A stretch of DNA of 59,465 nt from an uncultured virus (IMG/VR IMGVR_UViG_3300026203_000001) (Duplodnaviria; Heunggongvirae; Uroviricota; Caudoviricetes): the IMG/VR virus record IMGVR_UViG_3300026203_000001. One strand, written 5' to 3'. This document shows positions 7,236-16,127 of this stretch, piece by piece; positions within the stretch are counted from its first letter, which is position 1; each line of letters begins with the position of its first letter. The translations under genes and the position numbers were made by a program. The notes under the pieces were generated by a model. That model did no database searches. It saw only the letters and a list, made by a program, of their open reading frames with translations, and was not told the origin of the DNA.

Positions 7236-8499
7236 CCACTAACGACTCAGGAGGTAGTCCATTGATGAATATAGAATCTACAACCGCCTGTAATCTCTTG
7301 ATTATATGCTGACCGTAGTTTGCGTGACAGGGTACAGTAACGTATCCTGTTTTCTTCCTGTAAAACTGTAATGCACCCGCCTTGATTACACCTTCTCTAA
7401 TGTCCTTAGAATCCTCTGTATCCATTCTAATTACTCTACCTATAGTTTGTGCCATAGAGACTACATCTAACTGTCTCAAGAGGATACAATGGGTCAATCC
7501 TGACACGTTAATACCTTCACTCAAGATACTGTAATGGAATATGATAAACTTCTTGTCTTTGTCTCTACCATATTGAGTGAGAGTATCGAAAAACTTTTCC
7601 CTGTTTACCTTTTGTCTATTGATATATGCACCAAACTTAGATGTGATATGCAAGAACTCAAATCCACGCTTCTCAAGTTGATATATCAAATCAGTTTGAG
7701 ACATCATTGCACCCAACATCTTACTAGACGGTACACTAACGAGAACCTTTTGTGCGTCATCACTATCAAGTGTGTCCAATATATCTGTGACAGTTTGACT
7801 ATCAAGATCAAATGCCTGTTTCCGATCTCTTTTCTCTTTGGTATGAAATGGAACTATGGTAGGAGGGATAATCGAACCGTTGTTAACAAGTTCTTTTGCT
7901 TCAATATTACAAATAATATTTCCATATATGGTTTGGTTGTTCATTCCCCTAGTATTGCGATAACTAACACGAGGAGTAGCAGTAAAAAAATATGTGGATT
8001 TAGCACTACGAGAAACAGACTCAGTAGGAGGACTAAAAGACCTCGTGACAGAGTTATGTGCTTCATCAAAATAAGCAGTATCAATAGTAGTATCAGACTC
8101 GACAACACGTTTCAAAGAGTGATAAGTTGTAAAAATAATTATATGTTTGGTACTATTGTTAACCCAAGTTTTGATTTTCTCTGGTTTAGTAGTGCTGTAG
8201 AAATGTGTCTCTCCACTATGAACGTGCATCACATCTACACCTTGATTATAGTTACCATCAAGATTTTGCTCTAAGAACTCAGAGCATAACTGGTTTGCAA
8301 GTAATATGCGTGGTGCAACAACAACAAAAGTTTTAGGATACCAACTTAGAGTTCCACCTTCTGTTGCCTGTAAACGTCTTGTAAGATCTTGTATCATACA
8401 CATAGTCTTACCACCGCCAGTAGGTACAATAACCTGACCTTTGGTGTTGTTCTTCATAATATCGACAATACGTTTCTGGTGTGGTCGTAATGTAATCAT
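7231..8499 (-). CDS. SF2 DExH helicase (ResIII-like)
   Basis: LRPHQ, PTGGGKT, DEAH, TAT, EGIN and QTIGRVIR motifs; start moved to ATG ATT ACA. Confidence 0.9.
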   Translation of the reverse strand: MITLRPHQKRIVDIMKNNTKGQVIVPTGGGKTMCMIQDLTRRLQATEGGTLSWYPKTFVVVAPRILLANQLCSEFLEQNLDGNYNQGVDVMHVHSGETHFYSTTKPEKIKTWVNNSTKHIIIFTTYHSLKRVVESDTTIDTAYFDEAHNSVTRSFSPPTESVSRSAKSTYFFTATPRVSYRNTRGMNNQTIYGNIICNIEAKELVNNGSIIPPTIVPFHTKEKRDRKQAFDLDSQTVTDILDTLDSDDAQKVLVSVPSSKMLGAMMSQTDLIYQLEKRGFEFLHITSKFGAYINRQKVNREKFFDTLTQYGRDKDKKFIIFHYSILSEGINVSGLTHCILLRQLDVVSMAQTIGRVIRMDTEDSKDIREGVIKAGALQFYRKKTGYVTVPCHANYGQHIIKRLQAVVDSIFINGLPPESLVV

Positions 8500-8564
8500 C
8501 AAAGTGTTGTAGTTCACTCCATAATAAATGCAAAAACTCCACGTTTCAATGTGGAGTGTGACAG
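8500..8564 (-). promoter_or_regulatory. Early promoter cassette copy 8 (half-site) with terminator-like hairpin
   Basis: CTGTCACAC; ACTCCAC/GTGGAGT stem followed by T-run; TTGAAA-N17-TATTAT; ACAACACT leader. Confidence 0.7.
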
Positions 8565-8565
8565 T

Positions 8566-8805
8566 TTACGAATCGGTATCCTTATAAGTTTCTTTGAGTC
8601 TATTTAATTCTTTATGTACAAATTCTAATTTGTTTTGTAAATACTCACTTGTTGGATACTCTGCTACTTGACAATGAATTGACTCTACTTGTCTCATCAC
8701 TATCTGTATGTCAGTTACATCAAACTTTTGTACCTGTTCAGTTTCAAGGTTGGTATAGTTTATCCTTCCCTGATTAAAGTCAAATGTTTCGTAGTCTCCA
8801 CTCAT
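8566..8805 (-). CDS. Hypothetical protein
   Basis: 79-aa ORF, ATGA overlap. Confidence 0.7.
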   Translation of the reverse strand: MSGDYETFDFNQGRINYTNLETEQVQKFDVTDIQIVMRQVESIHCQVAEYPTSEYLQNKLEFVHKELNRLKETYKDTDS

Positions 8806-8999
8806 AAACCTAATTCCTCCTGTAATCCTTTTAAGATGATTTGCTCAAGTTGTGCTTGAGATAGTCCATTGAGCATTGCCCAACGTGGGTCATTCTTATC
8901 CCACTCTAACATAAATGAACCATCTTCATTCTGTTTGATTTCTAAACCACCGTTCGGGTCAGAATCCAGTTCCACTTTGTTTAGTTCGTTTTGCATCAA
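8802..8999 (-). CDS. Hypothetical protein
   Basis: ORF in operon; start uncertain. Confidence 0.65.
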   Translation of the reverse strand: MMQNELNKVELDSDPNGGLEIKQNEDGSFMLEWDKNDPRWAMLNGLSQAQLEQIILKGLQEELGL

Positions 9000-9165
9000 T
9001 TACCTCAACTCTGTCAATGTATTTGTTGAAATTCCACCAACATTCTAGCACCTCTTCGTAACTATGTAAAATCTTGACAGATTTATCTTTACAATGAACC
9101 TTATACCAATTTCTGTCATAAGGTTTATCTGATGTTTTTGTAAAATGTTTCAAGGGTACTATCAT
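8959..9165 (-). CDS. Hypothetical cyanophage protein
   Basis: 68 aa, ending in GF; ATGA overlap. Confidence 0.7.
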   Translation of the reverse strand: MIVPLKHFTKTSDKPYDRNWYKVHCKDKSVKILHSYEEVLECWWNFNKYIDRVEVIDAKRTKQSGTGF

Positions 9166-9377
9166 TTCTCTAATACTTTACCCTCTTGTACTTCCATATA
9201 ATCCCAATTAGGGTCATCTGGGGGGTCAATCCAAAACCAATATTCTCTATTATATTCTGATGATACGAAAATCCTACCATCTTCACGCTTGTTTTCTATA
9301 TATACGAAAGTGCTACCTCCCATATATGTTGCTAAATTAATTTTCGCCTGTTCAGATTTTGCTTGAACGATTGCCAT
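9162..9377 (-). CDS. Hypothetical protein
   Basis: Start moved to ATG GCA ATC. Confidence 0.65.
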   Translation of the reverse strand: MAIVQAKSEQAKINLATYMGGSTFVYIENKREDGRIFVSSEYNREYWFWIDPPDDPNWDYMEVQEGKVLEK

Positions 9378-9382
9378 TTGTC

Positions 9383-9538
9383 TTAATGCCATTGCCTTTT
9401 CAATAATTCTTCTTTAATTTTTGAGTGCAATTCACTACAACTGACAGAATTGTCCTTCTCAATTTTAACCTGATTATAGGTTGATAGCAACATCAAACTA
9501 TCCTCAAGTGCGTGTAGTTCGTCTTTAGTTAAAATCAT
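9383..9538 (-). CDS. Small hypothetical protein (51 aa, MILTKDELHALED...), not in ORF track
   Basis: Fills the gap, ATGA overlap. Confidence 0.6.
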   Translation of the reverse strand: MILTKDELHALEDSLMLLSTYNQVKIEKDNSVSCSELHSKIKEELLKRQWH

Positions 9539-9861
9539 CTTTTTTTGACAGGTGGTAACATTTCATTTCCAGGGTGGTCATTGGTTTTTCCCTGATAATT
9601 CTTTACATTTTTGAAGTGTGAATCTTCAATTTCTAAATTATCCCACTCGTGCCTAGGGCATACTACATTTACTTCCCGATTTCCATTTTTATACAACTCG
9701 TCAGGTATTTTTCTGACGCAAATTGTAATATAATGATCTGATATGAAAGAGATAGTTCCAACATCATTTTTCCATTTAATCGGCATACCGACTTCAAGTG
9801 ATTTTAAGATGTTTCGTAGTTCCAATGGGATTGATTCTGATAAGAATAGGGGTGTTGTCAT
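9535..9861 (-). CDS. Hypothetical cyanophage protein
   Basis: 108 aa, ATGA overlap. Confidence 0.75.
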   Translation of the reverse strand: MTTPLFLSESIPLELRNILKSLEVGMPIKWKNDVGTISFISDHYITICVRKIPDELYKNGNREVNVVCPRHEWDNLEIEDSHFKNVKNYQGKTNDHPGNEMLPPVKKR

Positions 9862-10403
9862 TTGAGATAGAACTCAAGGATATTTGCATCTGAACCTGTA
9901 TGCTCAATACTGAGTGTGATTGAACTGGGGTAGATACATAAATTTCCTTCTTGTGGTGTAAAACGAAATTCGTTTGAATTGATTAAATTGTCGTTACTGA
10001 ATTTTAAATCTTTTCCAGTAAACCATTGTGATTCATTATCTGTCCAAATCATACTGGATTTAGGGTCATTAATGAACCATACACCAGTTAATATACTATC
10101 ATTTTTTGGTAGTAAGTGCAATGAATGTCCTTGTTTCAACCTATTGACGTAAGACTCTTGCAGTTGAAGTTCGGTTTCCAATCCAATTAGACCTGACATA
10201 GATTCTAACTGTGTATGGATTAAAGTTTTCCACGCAACTTGTTTTGTGGCAACATCATTGTTCACACTTTTACCTGTGTCTTTATTGACTAGGATTGCAC
10301 CTGCGTGTTGCTTTGTACCTATCTGAGACTCGCAATGTTGTATGTAAATCGGTTTACCAAATATAGGTAAAAGATCAACACTCTGGAATTGAACTCGATT
10401 CAT
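9858..10403 (-). CDS. Degenerate 2OG-Fe(II) oxygenase-like protein (TIGR02466-type fold)
   Basis: F.KPIY, LTGVWFI and PQEGNLCIYPS scaffold present, but no HxH...H triad. Confidence 0.6.
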   Translation of the reverse strand: MNRVQFQSVDLLPIFGKPIYIQHCESQIGTKQHAGAILVNKDTGKSVNNDVATKQVAWKTLIHTQLESMSGLIGLETELQLQESYVNRLKQGHSLHLLPKNDSILTGVWFINDPKSSMIWTDNESQWFTGKDLKFSNDNLINSNEFRFTPQEGNLCIYPSSITLSIEHTGSDANILEFYLK

Positions 10404-10599
10404 TGTGTTTCAAATGTAATAATTCACAAATTTCATCTACTACTGATAGATCAACTTTTAATCGTTCATCATCAATAGATTTCCTTGAATTTTTTCTGTA
10501 TAAGTCACCCATATAGAGTGCGATTGCTTTTTTGATGATAGATTTTTGCCTGTCATCTAAAATGCGAGACTTACCCACCATTTTAGTTTCGCTGTTCAT
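10375..10599 (-). CDS. Hypothetical protein
   Basis: 74 aa, after a sigma70-like promoter. Confidence 0.65.
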   Translation of the reverse strand: MNSETKMVGKSRILDDRQKSIIKKAIALYMGDLYRKNSRKSIDDERLKVDLSVVDEICELLHLKHNESSSIPEC

Positions 10600-10607
10600 A
10601 ATACTAT

Positions 10608-10636
10608 GTATTATAGCGTTTATTTAATGTCGTCAA
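10608..10636 (-). promoter_or_regulatory. Sigma70-like promoter
   Basis: TTGACG followed by TATAATAC; spacing is 15-17 bp depending on the -10 register. Confidence 0.5.
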
Positions 10637-11268
10637 GGGGCAACATTAAAACTTAGTGTGATTCTGTTAGCGTGTCCTGACCCTTCAAATCCGTGTTGCA
10701 TATTAGGTGGGTGTATGATTATATCTCCTTCCTCATAAGGTACAACAGCATCTAATTGGTTAAATGGATTTAATGCACTTTGTGGAAATTGAAGCATAGG
10801 ATAATGTGCTGAATTTATATTTCTTCTAAACTTCAAAGGACTATGTTGTTCTGGTATGTAGTTTACAAAATAAGTTCCTGAGTAAATCACGTTACTGTGT
10901 TCGTGTGGGGCATACATAGCACCCTCGTATCCCAATTCTATGAAACTATCAGAAAAATATGTATTGTTTGTGAGATCGTATGCAAGTGCATCTTTATTTA
11001 CCTCATTTACCGCATTTTTAATCTCGTTTTTTAATTCTGCAAATTCTGGTAGTTCAAGAATTTTGTGATCTCCTAATTGGACTACGTTAACAGATATGGT
11101 AGGTCTTTCATTTTTTAATTCATTACCATCTAATTTTTGGATATACTCTAATATTTGAGTTTTGTATTTTTGATGATCTTTTATTCTATACCTACCTACT
11201 GGTTGCATAAACAAACCATAAACATTTGTTTGTGCAATATCATTTAGTGAGTCTGATAAATTGTTCAT
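10633..11268 (-). CDS. 2OG-Fe(II) oxygenase (TIGR02466-like)
   Basis: HEH...SGTY...EGDIIIHP...H...RITLSFN. Confidence 0.85.
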   Translation of the reverse strand: MNNLSDSLNDIAQTNVYGLFMQPVGRYRIKDHQKYKTQILEYIQKLDGNELKNERPTISVNVVQLGDHKILELPEFAELKNEIKNAVNEVNKDALAYDLTNNTYFSDSFIELGYEGAMYAPHEHSNVIYSGTYFVNYIPEQHSPLKFRRNINSAHYPMLQFPQSALNPFNQLDAVVPYEEGDIIIHPPNMQHGFEGSGHANRITLSFNVAP

Positions 11269-11975
11269 AATAAAGGAATGAGTGAAAATTGATCGTCTGG
11301 TAATGTTGATTTAGTTATAATATCGAACCCTAAAGTAATCCTATCGCCTTCGTAATCGTTGTTAACTACGACCTTGTGCATCCTTGAAAACCCAGGCCCC
11401 AAGTAGATATTTCCGATTTTATTGTTTATATTATATTCATACGCTCCTACTGGCAAATGCTCTTTGAATTTTGTTATTGAATCTTTTGGGTCAATACTAA
11501 TATATCCGTGCCAAGGAAAATGATGATCGTGCCAATCTAACACTTGATCTGGTTTATGAAAATTCATCCAACATTGCATCCACAAAGGGTCGTCAGGGTT
11601 ACTGCCAAAGTTACTTAAGTGCTTCCTTACAATTACACTAAGTTCTTTTAATAAATGATAAAACAGAGGACTAGGGGAAGTTAGATTGAATACATTATAA
11701 AATCTGTATCCACTTAAATCTCCCGATTTCATATTTTTTAGTTGTTCCATATCTTCTTGTCGTGCATCTACCTGAGAAAATAAATCTGGTAGTGCATCAA
11801 GTGTTAATCCATCATTTTTTAATGATGAATCACACCCTGTAAAAGTATTCTTGAATAGACGATATGCTCTACCAAGTTGTACTTTCATTTCTTCAGATTC
11901 ATTAGAAACAACATCTGATTTACAAAGTACCCAATCTTCTCCTGAGTCAATTAAATTAGGTTCGTAGTTACGCAT
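11265..11975 (-). CDS. 2OG-Fe(II) oxygenase
   Basis: WHDH...H.V...RITLGFD. Confidence 0.8.
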   Translation of the reverse strand: MRNYEPNLIDSGEDWVLCKSDVVSNESEEMKVQLGRAYRLFKNTFTGCDSSLKNDGLTLDALPDLFSQVDARQEDMEQLKNMKSGDLSGYRFYNVFNLTSPSPLFYHLLKELSVIVRKHLSNFGSNPDDPLWMQCWMNFHKPDQVLDWHDHHFPWHGYISIDPKDSITKFKEHLPVGAYEYNINNKIGNIYLGPGFSRMHKVVVNNDYEGDRITLGFDIITKSTLPDDQFSLIPLL

Positions 11976-12588
11976 TACTATAAGGATTTTGTGTAATAGG
12001 GTTTAGGGATATGTTTATGTTAACAACTGGTCTCCACGTCTTACTGGGGGTCGTAGAAGCGTGGAATAGGTCGCCTTTAAAGGCAACTGCTCTACCCTTT
12101 TTAGGTGTGACTCTAACCATTTCTGTGAAGTTATCTTCTTTCAGATATTTGTTATAGTCATAATCATTTAGGGTTCTTTCGTTGTAGATAACTGTGTCTC
12201 CATCTGAGTCATCCATATAATATATCACGTTCCAACTGTCTGGAACGTATGAGTCTATGTGTGGTAACTGTGTCACGTTATTAAACATAGCAGGTACACA
12301 ATTAACTCTCATTCTCATTAAATTATATGCTCCTATTACATCCATAACTTTGAGTGACATAGGAACAAATGCGTTGCATAGTGGAGATACGTTTCCACCC
12401 TTATCGCACTCGTACATATAATGAAAATTGCAGAACCCATTTCTGGGGTCTGCTGAATTTGCATCCATAATTGCTGAGTCCTTTCTGTGCCACATCAAGT
12501 TCTCATCTTTAATTAGTGAAATCAACCACTCTTGATAAGTTTCTGAAATAAGATCGTCAATGATTAGATAATCATTCATCCTCTTCAT
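11968..12588 (-). CDS. 2OG-Fe(II) oxygenase
   Basis: PHID...YY.DDSDGDT...PKKGRAV.F...H...R. Confidence 0.85.
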   Translation of the reverse strand: MKRMNDYLIIDDLISETYQEWLISLIKDENLMWHRKDSAIMDANSADPRNGFCNFHYMYECDKGGNVSPLCNAFVPMSLKVMDVIGAYNLMRMRVNCVPAMFNNVTQLPHIDSYVPDSWNVIYYMDDSDGDTVIYNERTLNDYDYNKYLKEDNFTEMVRVTPKKGRAVAFKGDLFHASTTPSKTWRPVVNINISLNPITQNPYSNA

Positions 12589-12811
12589 CCTCCTCTAATT
12601 TGAATACTAAGAGTTCATCACCGTTTTTCACCTCCTCCATTTCGGGGTGAACGGTTTTTTTATATGTCCTCATAGCATCACCATAACTATTGACAGGTTT
12701 TCTGTCCATATCTCTCAGGGTAGATGTCATCATTTTAAACATAAAAGCAAAGGTTGCTCCAAACAATGCGATAAAGAAACACAAATAAATGAATACTGTG
12801 ATTTCATTCAT
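12572..12811 (-). CDS. Small membrane protein, DUF2973-like
   Basis: N-terminal TM helix followed by HPEM...G.ELLV. Confidence 0.7.
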   Translation of the reverse strand: MNEITVFIYLCFFIALFGATFAFMFKMMTSTLRDMDRKPVNSYGDAMRTYKKTVHPEMEEVKNGDELLVFKLEEDEEDE

Positions 12812-12891
12812 TTCTTAATATTCTCCCATTGAATAATGAGAAATAATCCTAGTGTTACCCAAAACACTACTTCTAATCCATAGTTACTCAT
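12808..12891 (-). CDS. Putative 27-aa membrane peptide (MSNYGLEVVFWVTLGLFLIIQWENIKK)
   Basis: ATGA overlaps at both ends; not in ORF track. Confidence 0.55.
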   Translation of the reverse strand: MSNYGLEVVFWVTLGLFLIIQWENIKK

Positions 12892-13619
12892 AATAGTTCC
12901 TCGATTGCTTCATCATCTTCATCAAAACCCTCTCCAGTATTGTTTTCACATTTACCGTAATAAGGGTCGTGATTTTGTAATGATTGTTCATTTCTAACTA
13001 AATCACTCGCTGCTTCCCAAGGTGCTGCGAGCATAGGTCTGCCATCCCATTTCCTGTTTGCATACTCTCCGTTCTTATCCACATAAGAAACAAAACATTG
13101 TATTTGTTCTTTGTTTCCTTCATAGTTTGGTCGCCAATGTAAATCTTCGTGTCCCTTAAAAATTACCGAATCACCTGTTTCCAAGAATAATTCGTGTTGT
13201 TCACCTTTTACATCTATAAAGAATGACCATTTATATTGTGGGTCTGCTGTTACACAAATGTTGCCTACCCATTCTCCCGAACTGCGATCCCTATGTTGAT
13301 AGCACTCTGTATTTTTTACATACAACCTGCCATAACTAAATGTTTGCCACAATTCTTTTTCAATTAATGTTTCAATAAACGGTTTATGGTATTGTCCTAA
13401 TGCTTCAAAACATACAGGGCAGTACATACTAAATGCCCCAGGCATAGTAGGGTCGCCCATAGGCATATCTGGATATTGGTATTGAACAACATCCTTTATC
13501 ATATGATATTCGAGTGCTGTGTGTTCACATAACTCTTTTGGAACTGCACTGCGGGCAACAAATAGACGATCTTCTACAAGAACCTCAACTGCTACACCTT
13601 CGTGATTAATTGTTCTCAT
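12888..13619 (-). CDS. 2OG-Fe(II) oxygenase
   Basis: Y.R.Y...HRDR...GD.V.F.G...HWR...Q.F. Confidence 0.8.
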   Translation of the reverse strand: MRTINHEGVAVEVLVEDRLFVARSAVPKELCEHTALEYHMIKDVVQYQYPDMPMGDPTMPGAFSMYCPVCFEALGQYHKPFIETLIEKELWQTFSYGRLYVKNTECYQHRDRSSGEWVGNICVTADPQYKWSFFIDVKGEQHELFLETGDSVIFKGHEDLHWRPNYEGNKEQIQCFVSYVDKNGEYANRKWDGRPMLAAPWEAASDLVRNEQSLQNHDPYYGKCENNTGEGFDEDDEAIEELL

Positions 13620-14245
13620 AATACTTTACCAAAAAATACTAGGGTTAATCGACCTGTGGTGATGTCATTTCCAAAATAATCACCGCCTGAGTGGTATTTT
13701 CTACCATCAAATATGATGCAGCGATTAAAACGTGCTTCGACTGATGTGTTAGGAGTGAAATGTTTATTACAGTCCAATCTCATTTTATTCAGTCGTTTTC
13801 TTAATTCAATATCATCTGTAGTTACATTTGATTTGAATTCGTTTTCATAGTTGATACTATCATCATTATTAGGTACATCATATAATATTGTACCACAATT
13901 CTGTGGATTTGTCTCGTTTAGGTAAATCAAACCACCAATACCATAATCGTCATCATCCCTATGTATCCATCCAGATTCATAGTCCTCTGTGCATACGTGA
14001 AAAGTTGCATCTAATTTCTCAAAGTATGTTGCGTGTGGTATATACTGGATCAATTTTTGTGCTAACTTCTGATGAAAACGATAATCATTTTCGTGTAGTA
14101 ATGGAGTTGCTCTTACACCTGACCAATAACCACCTGACGGATGTTTCGCAGCAGGTAAATAATTCAATCCCAATGCCCATTGTCTTACGAGTGTGGGTGT
14201 CTCAAAGAAATCATCTACAACTATTGTGGGATAATTATATGACAT
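13616..14245 (-). CDS. 2OG-Fe(II) oxygenase (DUF6445-like)
   Basis: IVVDDFF..P..VR..AL; IHRD; FNR.IIFDG..YH; RLTLVFF. Confidence 0.85.
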   Translation of the reverse strand: MSYNYPTIVVDDFFETPTLVRQWALGLNYLPAAKHPSGGYWSGVRATPLLHENDYRFHQKLAQKLIQYIPHATYFEKLDATFHVCTEDYESGWIHRDDDDYGIGGLIYLNETNPQNCGTILYDVPNNDDSINYENEFKSNVTTDDIELRKRLNKMRLDCNKHFTPNTSVEARFNRCIIFDGRKYHSGGDYFGNDITTGRLTLVFFGKVL

Positions 14246-14726
14246 AATTAAAATTTAAAACTACTTTCCTTTTTTGATCGGTACAAGTATATCCAGAATG
14301 TATAAGATTAGAATCAAATGTTACTAATCTGTTTTTAACACATTCTATTTTACCATTTCCTTGAATTTCTGTCCACCCATTATTTGTGTTCAAATAAAGA
14401 ATAGATGTTGTGCAATCTTCCATATCAATATGGTATCCTCCTTCTTCGTGTGTTGAAGTTCTAGGATTTAGATTTGCTTTGACTCTTTCTAATTTTTTTA
14501 CATCTAACCTGTCAATAATTGGTGAGATAAAATTATGATATGGTGTATGAACTACATCTATTGATGTATTAAAGAATGTATGAGTAAATTGAAAATTGTC
14601 AAGTGGAGAATCTTCATCTGCAACAAATTCATTAAAATACCAAGGAAAATGATAGGATGACATCAAATCAAATAGTGGATTAAAAATATTCTCTGGTAAA
14701 AAATTATCTATAATCTTATATGACAT
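14235..14726 (-). CDS. 2OG-Fe(II) oxygenase
   Basis: YHID...YLNTNNG.T...NRLV.FD...H...R.V.NFNY. Confidence 0.85.
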   Translation of the reverse strand: MSYKIIDNFLPENIFNPLFDLMSSYHFPWYFNEFVADEDSPLDNFQFTHTFFNTSIDVVHTPYHNFISPIIDRLDVKKLERVKANLNPRTSTHEEGGYHIDMEDCTTSILYLNTNNGWTEIQGNGKIECVKNRLVTFDSNLIHSGYTCTDQKRKVVLNFNYVI

Positions 14727-15252
14727 AATTAAAATTTAAAACTAATCTGTGTGAGTTTTCTACAGGGCAACTAGATGAGTGATATGTCAACCCATTAAAA
14801 GTTACGATCCTACCTTTTTTAGGTTTCACCGTTTGGATCACCGATCCATCATTATCAAAGAAATAGGTGTCACCATCACTATCATTCACATAATACAATG
14901 TGGTTGTGTGTGGCATATCTGCATCTATATGTGCGTGATTATAACCTGTATTCGTATTTAATAGTAATCCACCCTTTGCTCTCAATAGTTCAAAGTTTGG
15001 ATTATCTACAATGGTTAAAAACAATGGAAATAAGAAATCCCAGTATCGTGACTCGTGTTCATTTTGTCTATCATAAAATAGATGTGCAAATCCAGTAGTT
15101 CCTGTTGCGTTTGCATTTATATTTTTTACTATATCCTGTTCTCTGTATGTGACATCCTGTAAAAATGTCCACGGGAATACCGTGTTAGTCATCATACTAT
15201 AAATTCTGTCCTGATATAACTCAGGTATTATGTCATCTTTAATCGCAATCAT
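14716..15252 (-). CDS. 2OG-Fe(II) oxygenase
   Basis: AHID...YYVNDSDGDT...PKKGR...YHSS...R.V.NFNY. Confidence 0.85.
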   Translation of the reverse strand: MIAIKDDIIPELYQDRIYSMMTNTVFPWTFLQDVTYREQDIVKNINANATGTTGFAHLFYDRQNEHESRYWDFLFPLFLTIVDNPNFELLRAKGGLLLNTNTGYNHAHIDADMPHTTTLYYVNDSDGDTYFFDNDGSVIQTVKPKKGRIVTFNGLTYHSSSCPVENSHRLVLNFNYVI

Positions 15253-15838
15253 AATTAATAGTTAAACAAACTCTATCTTCATCAGTTTGGTTTACCTGTG
15301 TTCTATGTTTTAACCACCCTGGAAATACTATTATGTCATTTGTTTCTACTTCAACTTCTCTCCATAATGAAATTTGAGGTTCCCCTGGACTACCCCATCT
15401 ATGGTATTCCAATGGATCTCGGTATTCAAAGTTTCCACTTTTCTTTGGTGCTTTTAAATAACAACTAACAACCATAGGGCATTGATTATGATAATGTTCC
15501 ATAGTTTTTCCCGTTTTTTTATGTACGTTCACCCAAGAACGAACGGGTTTTGTTATCTTGTTACTATATCCCCAATGTGTCCATATCTCTTGTAACTTTG
15601 GTTGTAGAAATACGAACAAATCTTCTAACACTTCCCAATTATGTGGAGAATCTTCCTGATTATATACTGTAGAAAATGATGCACCAGTTTCTAATGCTGA
15701 TCCAGTTCCATAATTCTGTACAGTATGGTCTATCAGTTTACCGATATGTTCTTGTAGAGACTCTCCTTCGTATGCAAACTCGTATTTAAGTTTCCATAAC
15801 CAATGAACCTCATCTAATGGTTCAAGATGATGATCCAC
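15239..15838 (-). CDS. 2OG-Fe(II) oxygenase (TIGR02466-like)
   Basis: SWVN...EHYH...FPGWLKH...RVCL. Confidence 0.85.
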   Translation of the reverse strand: MDHHLEPLDEVHWLWKLKYEFAYEGESLQEHIGKLIDHTVQNYGTGSALETGASFSTVYNQEDSPHNWEVLEDLFVFLQPKLQEIWTHWGYSNKITKPVRSWVNVHKKTGKTMEHYHNQCPMVVSCYLKAPKKSGNFEYRDPLEYHRWGSPGEPQISLWREVEVETNDIIVFPGWLKHRTQVNQTDEDRVCLTINYDCD

Positions 15839-16127
15839 CTATAATCTCCATTTCTTCATTTCCACCACCTTCAACCTCAAGGTTGTTTGGAATAGAAACT
15901 TCACTGTCATCACCAAGAACGTCACGTTTGCAAATTAGTAAGGCATCTATAGCACCTTCTAACTGTGATCTTTTCTTAATTGCTTCAGATCGTTTTTCAA
16001 ACTCAATGGTTGTAACACCGTATGGGTTTAACTTTTTGTCAGCAAACTCTTTGTCATAGTTTTCAATTTCTATATCTACCTGTTTCTGTTGTAGATAGAA
16101 ATTTTGGATTAGTTCGTCAATAGTCAT
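15822..16127 (-). CDS. Hypothetical coiled-coil protein
   Basis: 101 aa, overlapping both neighbours. Confidence 0.7.
   Translation of the reverse strand: MTIDELIQNFYLQQKQVDIEIENYDKEFADKKLNPYGVTTIEFEKRSEAIKKRSQLEGAIDALLICKRDVLGDDSEVSIPNNLEVEGGGNEEMEIIGGSSS

Noticed and set aside
7534..8274. 246-aa plus-strand ORF, and the many similar plus-strand ORFs opposite real genes
   Set aside because: Antisense shadows of motif-bearing minus-strand genes, with no RBS or recognisable motifs.
551..8564. Early repeats as a CRISPR array or true integron attC sites
   Set aside because: Spacing is irregular and gene-sized, copies are divergent and carry promoter boxes, and no cas or integrase gene is present.
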